Shown: piece after piece, positions 63,723-64,000 of the stretch
Layout of the letters: each line of letters opens with the position of its first letter
How positions within the stretch are numbered: position 1 is the stretch's first letter
NCBI GenBank assembly: GCA_964624115.1
Contig: CAZUXI010000006.1
Coordinates: 1,060 to 65,059 of the forward strand
Source: an uncultured Candidatus Peribacteria bacterium
GTDB taxonomy: Bacteria > Patescibacteriota > Gracilibacteria > UBA1369
Length of the DNA: 64,000 bases
Direction: 5' to 3'
Program-made: the position numbers and the translations under genes
Notes under the pieces: generated by a model
What the model was told of the DNA's origin: nothing
Databases searched by the model: none
Seen by the model: the letters and a program-made list of their open reading frames with translations, nothing else

Positions 63723-64000
63723 ATGAACATCACTGTGAGTAACCCATCAAAATCTGAGATCACTCTCACCATCGAATTAACCGAAGAACAAACCGAAAAA
63801 TATCTCAATCAAGCGGCCGCGGAAGTGGCGAAAATGGTCAAAATTCCCGGTTTTAGACCTGGAAAAGCACCTCGAGAAGTTCTCGAAAAACATGTCCGCC
63901 CAGAAGCCCTTGATTCACACATGGTCGATATCGCCCTCCCTCCAACCTACTCTGAGGCGATTCTCAAAGAAAAAATTCAGGCGATTTCCCGTCCAAAAAT
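63723..64000 (+). CDS. tig: Trigger factor, 3'-truncated by the window edge
   Basis: MNITVSNPSKSEITLTIELTEEQ...IPGFRPGKAPREVLEK is a canonical trigger factor N-terminal domain. The reading frame is open to nt 64000. Confidence 0.85.
   Translation, partial: MNITVSNPSKSEITLTIELTEEQTEKYLNQAAAEVAKMVKIPGFRPGKAPREVLEKHVRPEALDSHMVDIALPPTYSEAILKEKIQAISRPK

Noticed and set aside
1-64000. Alternative genetic code (UGA recoding, as in some candidate phyla)
   Set aside because: All conserved genes (purF, purD, folD, rplA, rplK, nusG, nth, the helicase) are full length and uninterrupted under the standard bacterial code used for the ORF track, so recoding is not needed.

Overview
This is a gene-dense stretch of bacterial chromosome: about 55 protein genes, 2 tRNAs (Gln, His), and no rRNA, CRISPR array, transposase or integrase. 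GC is low, roughly 40% by eye.

Recognisable housekeeping genes:
- purF, purD, folD, dut and a Tmk-like kinase
- a TyrA-PheA fusion
- secE-nusG-rplK-rplA, rpmA and tig (3'-truncated at the window edge)
- nth, exoX and a UvrD/RecB-like helicase-nuclease
- a Liv-type ABC importer with a TrmB-family regulator
- an M23 peptidase, plus PEBP, SIMPL, DUF1385 and DUF1801 proteins

The window also holds many ORFans and very large envelope proteins. The combination of SLH-domain surface proteins, T4SS-pilin-like membrane modules, PKD-array giants, sparse metabolism and overlapping convergent genes suggests a small-genome CPR/Patescibacteria-like organism. That assignment is inference only.

Most noteworthy loci:
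1. 19943-34307: an envelope locus. It has two paralogous proteins, each made of three tandem TrbC/VirB2-like pilin hairpins. It also has a 1659-aa protein with the same pilin-like module fused to about 10 PKD domains, an 814-aa PKD membrane protein, a 33-aa micro-ORF and a 1475-aa Cys-repeat protein. Two of the giants share a TGPE + TM + basic-tail C-terminus.
2. 55294-63599: a tightly packed five-gene ORFan operon with alternating large (980/671/824 aa) and small acidic helical (116/137 aa) products.
3. A bipartite intergenic repeat present in at least 7 copies.
4. Two sharply GC-rich single-gene islands (about 12.6-14.45 kb and 54.1-54.9 kb), each next to a repeat copy and to strong hairpins.
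5. Two lineage-specific membrane-protein genes inserted inside the conserved nusG-rplK-rplA block.

All functional calls come from reading motifs in the supplied translations; no database search was possible.
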